From: the human T2T-CHM13v2.0 reference genome, Homo sapiens
DNA: 64,000 nt
Direction: 5' to 3' (one strand)
NCBI RefSeq assembly: GCF_009914755.1
Contig: NC_060929.1
Under the pieces are notes generated by a model. That model was not told where the DNA came from, made no database searches, and was given only the letters and a program-made list of their open reading frames with translations. The translations under genes were made by a program, and so were the position numbers. Of this stretch, positions 63,750 to 64,000 are shown piece after piece (the first letter of the stretch is position 1; every line of letters begins with the position of its first letter).

Positions 63750-64000
63750 CTGAAGATTTGCTCCTTTTTAAAATTGAGTTATTGATTTTTTAAGTAATTC
63801 AGTTGTAGGAGTTTCTTATATATTTTGGAAACTAACTCCTTTTCACATATATGGTTTGCAAATATTTTCTCCCATTCCACATGTCAGTTGGTTCCTTTGC
63901 TGTGCAGAATCTTATTAGTTTTATATTGTCCCACTTAGTTATTTTTGTTTTTGTCTTCTGTGCTTTCAGTGTCCTGTCTATGAAATCATTGTCAAAACCC
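63750..64000 (-). mobile_element. L1M (MA/MB) ORF2 fragment running off the window
   Basis: gagtttcttatatattttgga..atggtttgcaaatattttctcccattcc..ttcctttgctgtgcagaa. Confidence 0.85.

Overview
Mammalian, very probably human, genomic DNA; a young AluYa8-type insertion supports a human origin. It is AT-rich and CpG-poor. Positions 1-~19,700 contain the 3' end of PARP8 (ARTD16) on the + strand. Seven coding exons (1123-1235, 1491-1563, 3071-3140, 5962-6035, 7160-7229, 8112-8196, 15154-15256) splice in frame through GT-AG junctions. They encode the last 195 aa, including the H-Y-I type ADP-ribosyltransferase catalytic domain. A 3' UTR of about 4.4 kb follows, with proximal and distal AATAAA signals. 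The remaining ~44 kb has no recognisable protein-coding gene: it is intergenic DNA with Alu, L1, L2, MIR, LTR (MER50-, THE1-, MLT-, LTR33-like) and DNA-transposon (Tigger2, hAT-Charlie) relics, microsatellites and local duplications. Apart from an overlap with one PARP8 exon, the ORF track reflects repeats or chance. I found no convincing new multi-gene system. The best leads are: a candidate (UG)15-containing cryptic poison exon in PARP8 (possible TDP-43 control); candidate alternative C-termini and alternative polyadenylation; a miR-124 site next to two Pumilio elements at the distal UTR end; and a near-pristine AluYa8-like insertion that may be polymorphic. Repeat subfamily names come from recalled consensus sequences and were not verified by a database search.
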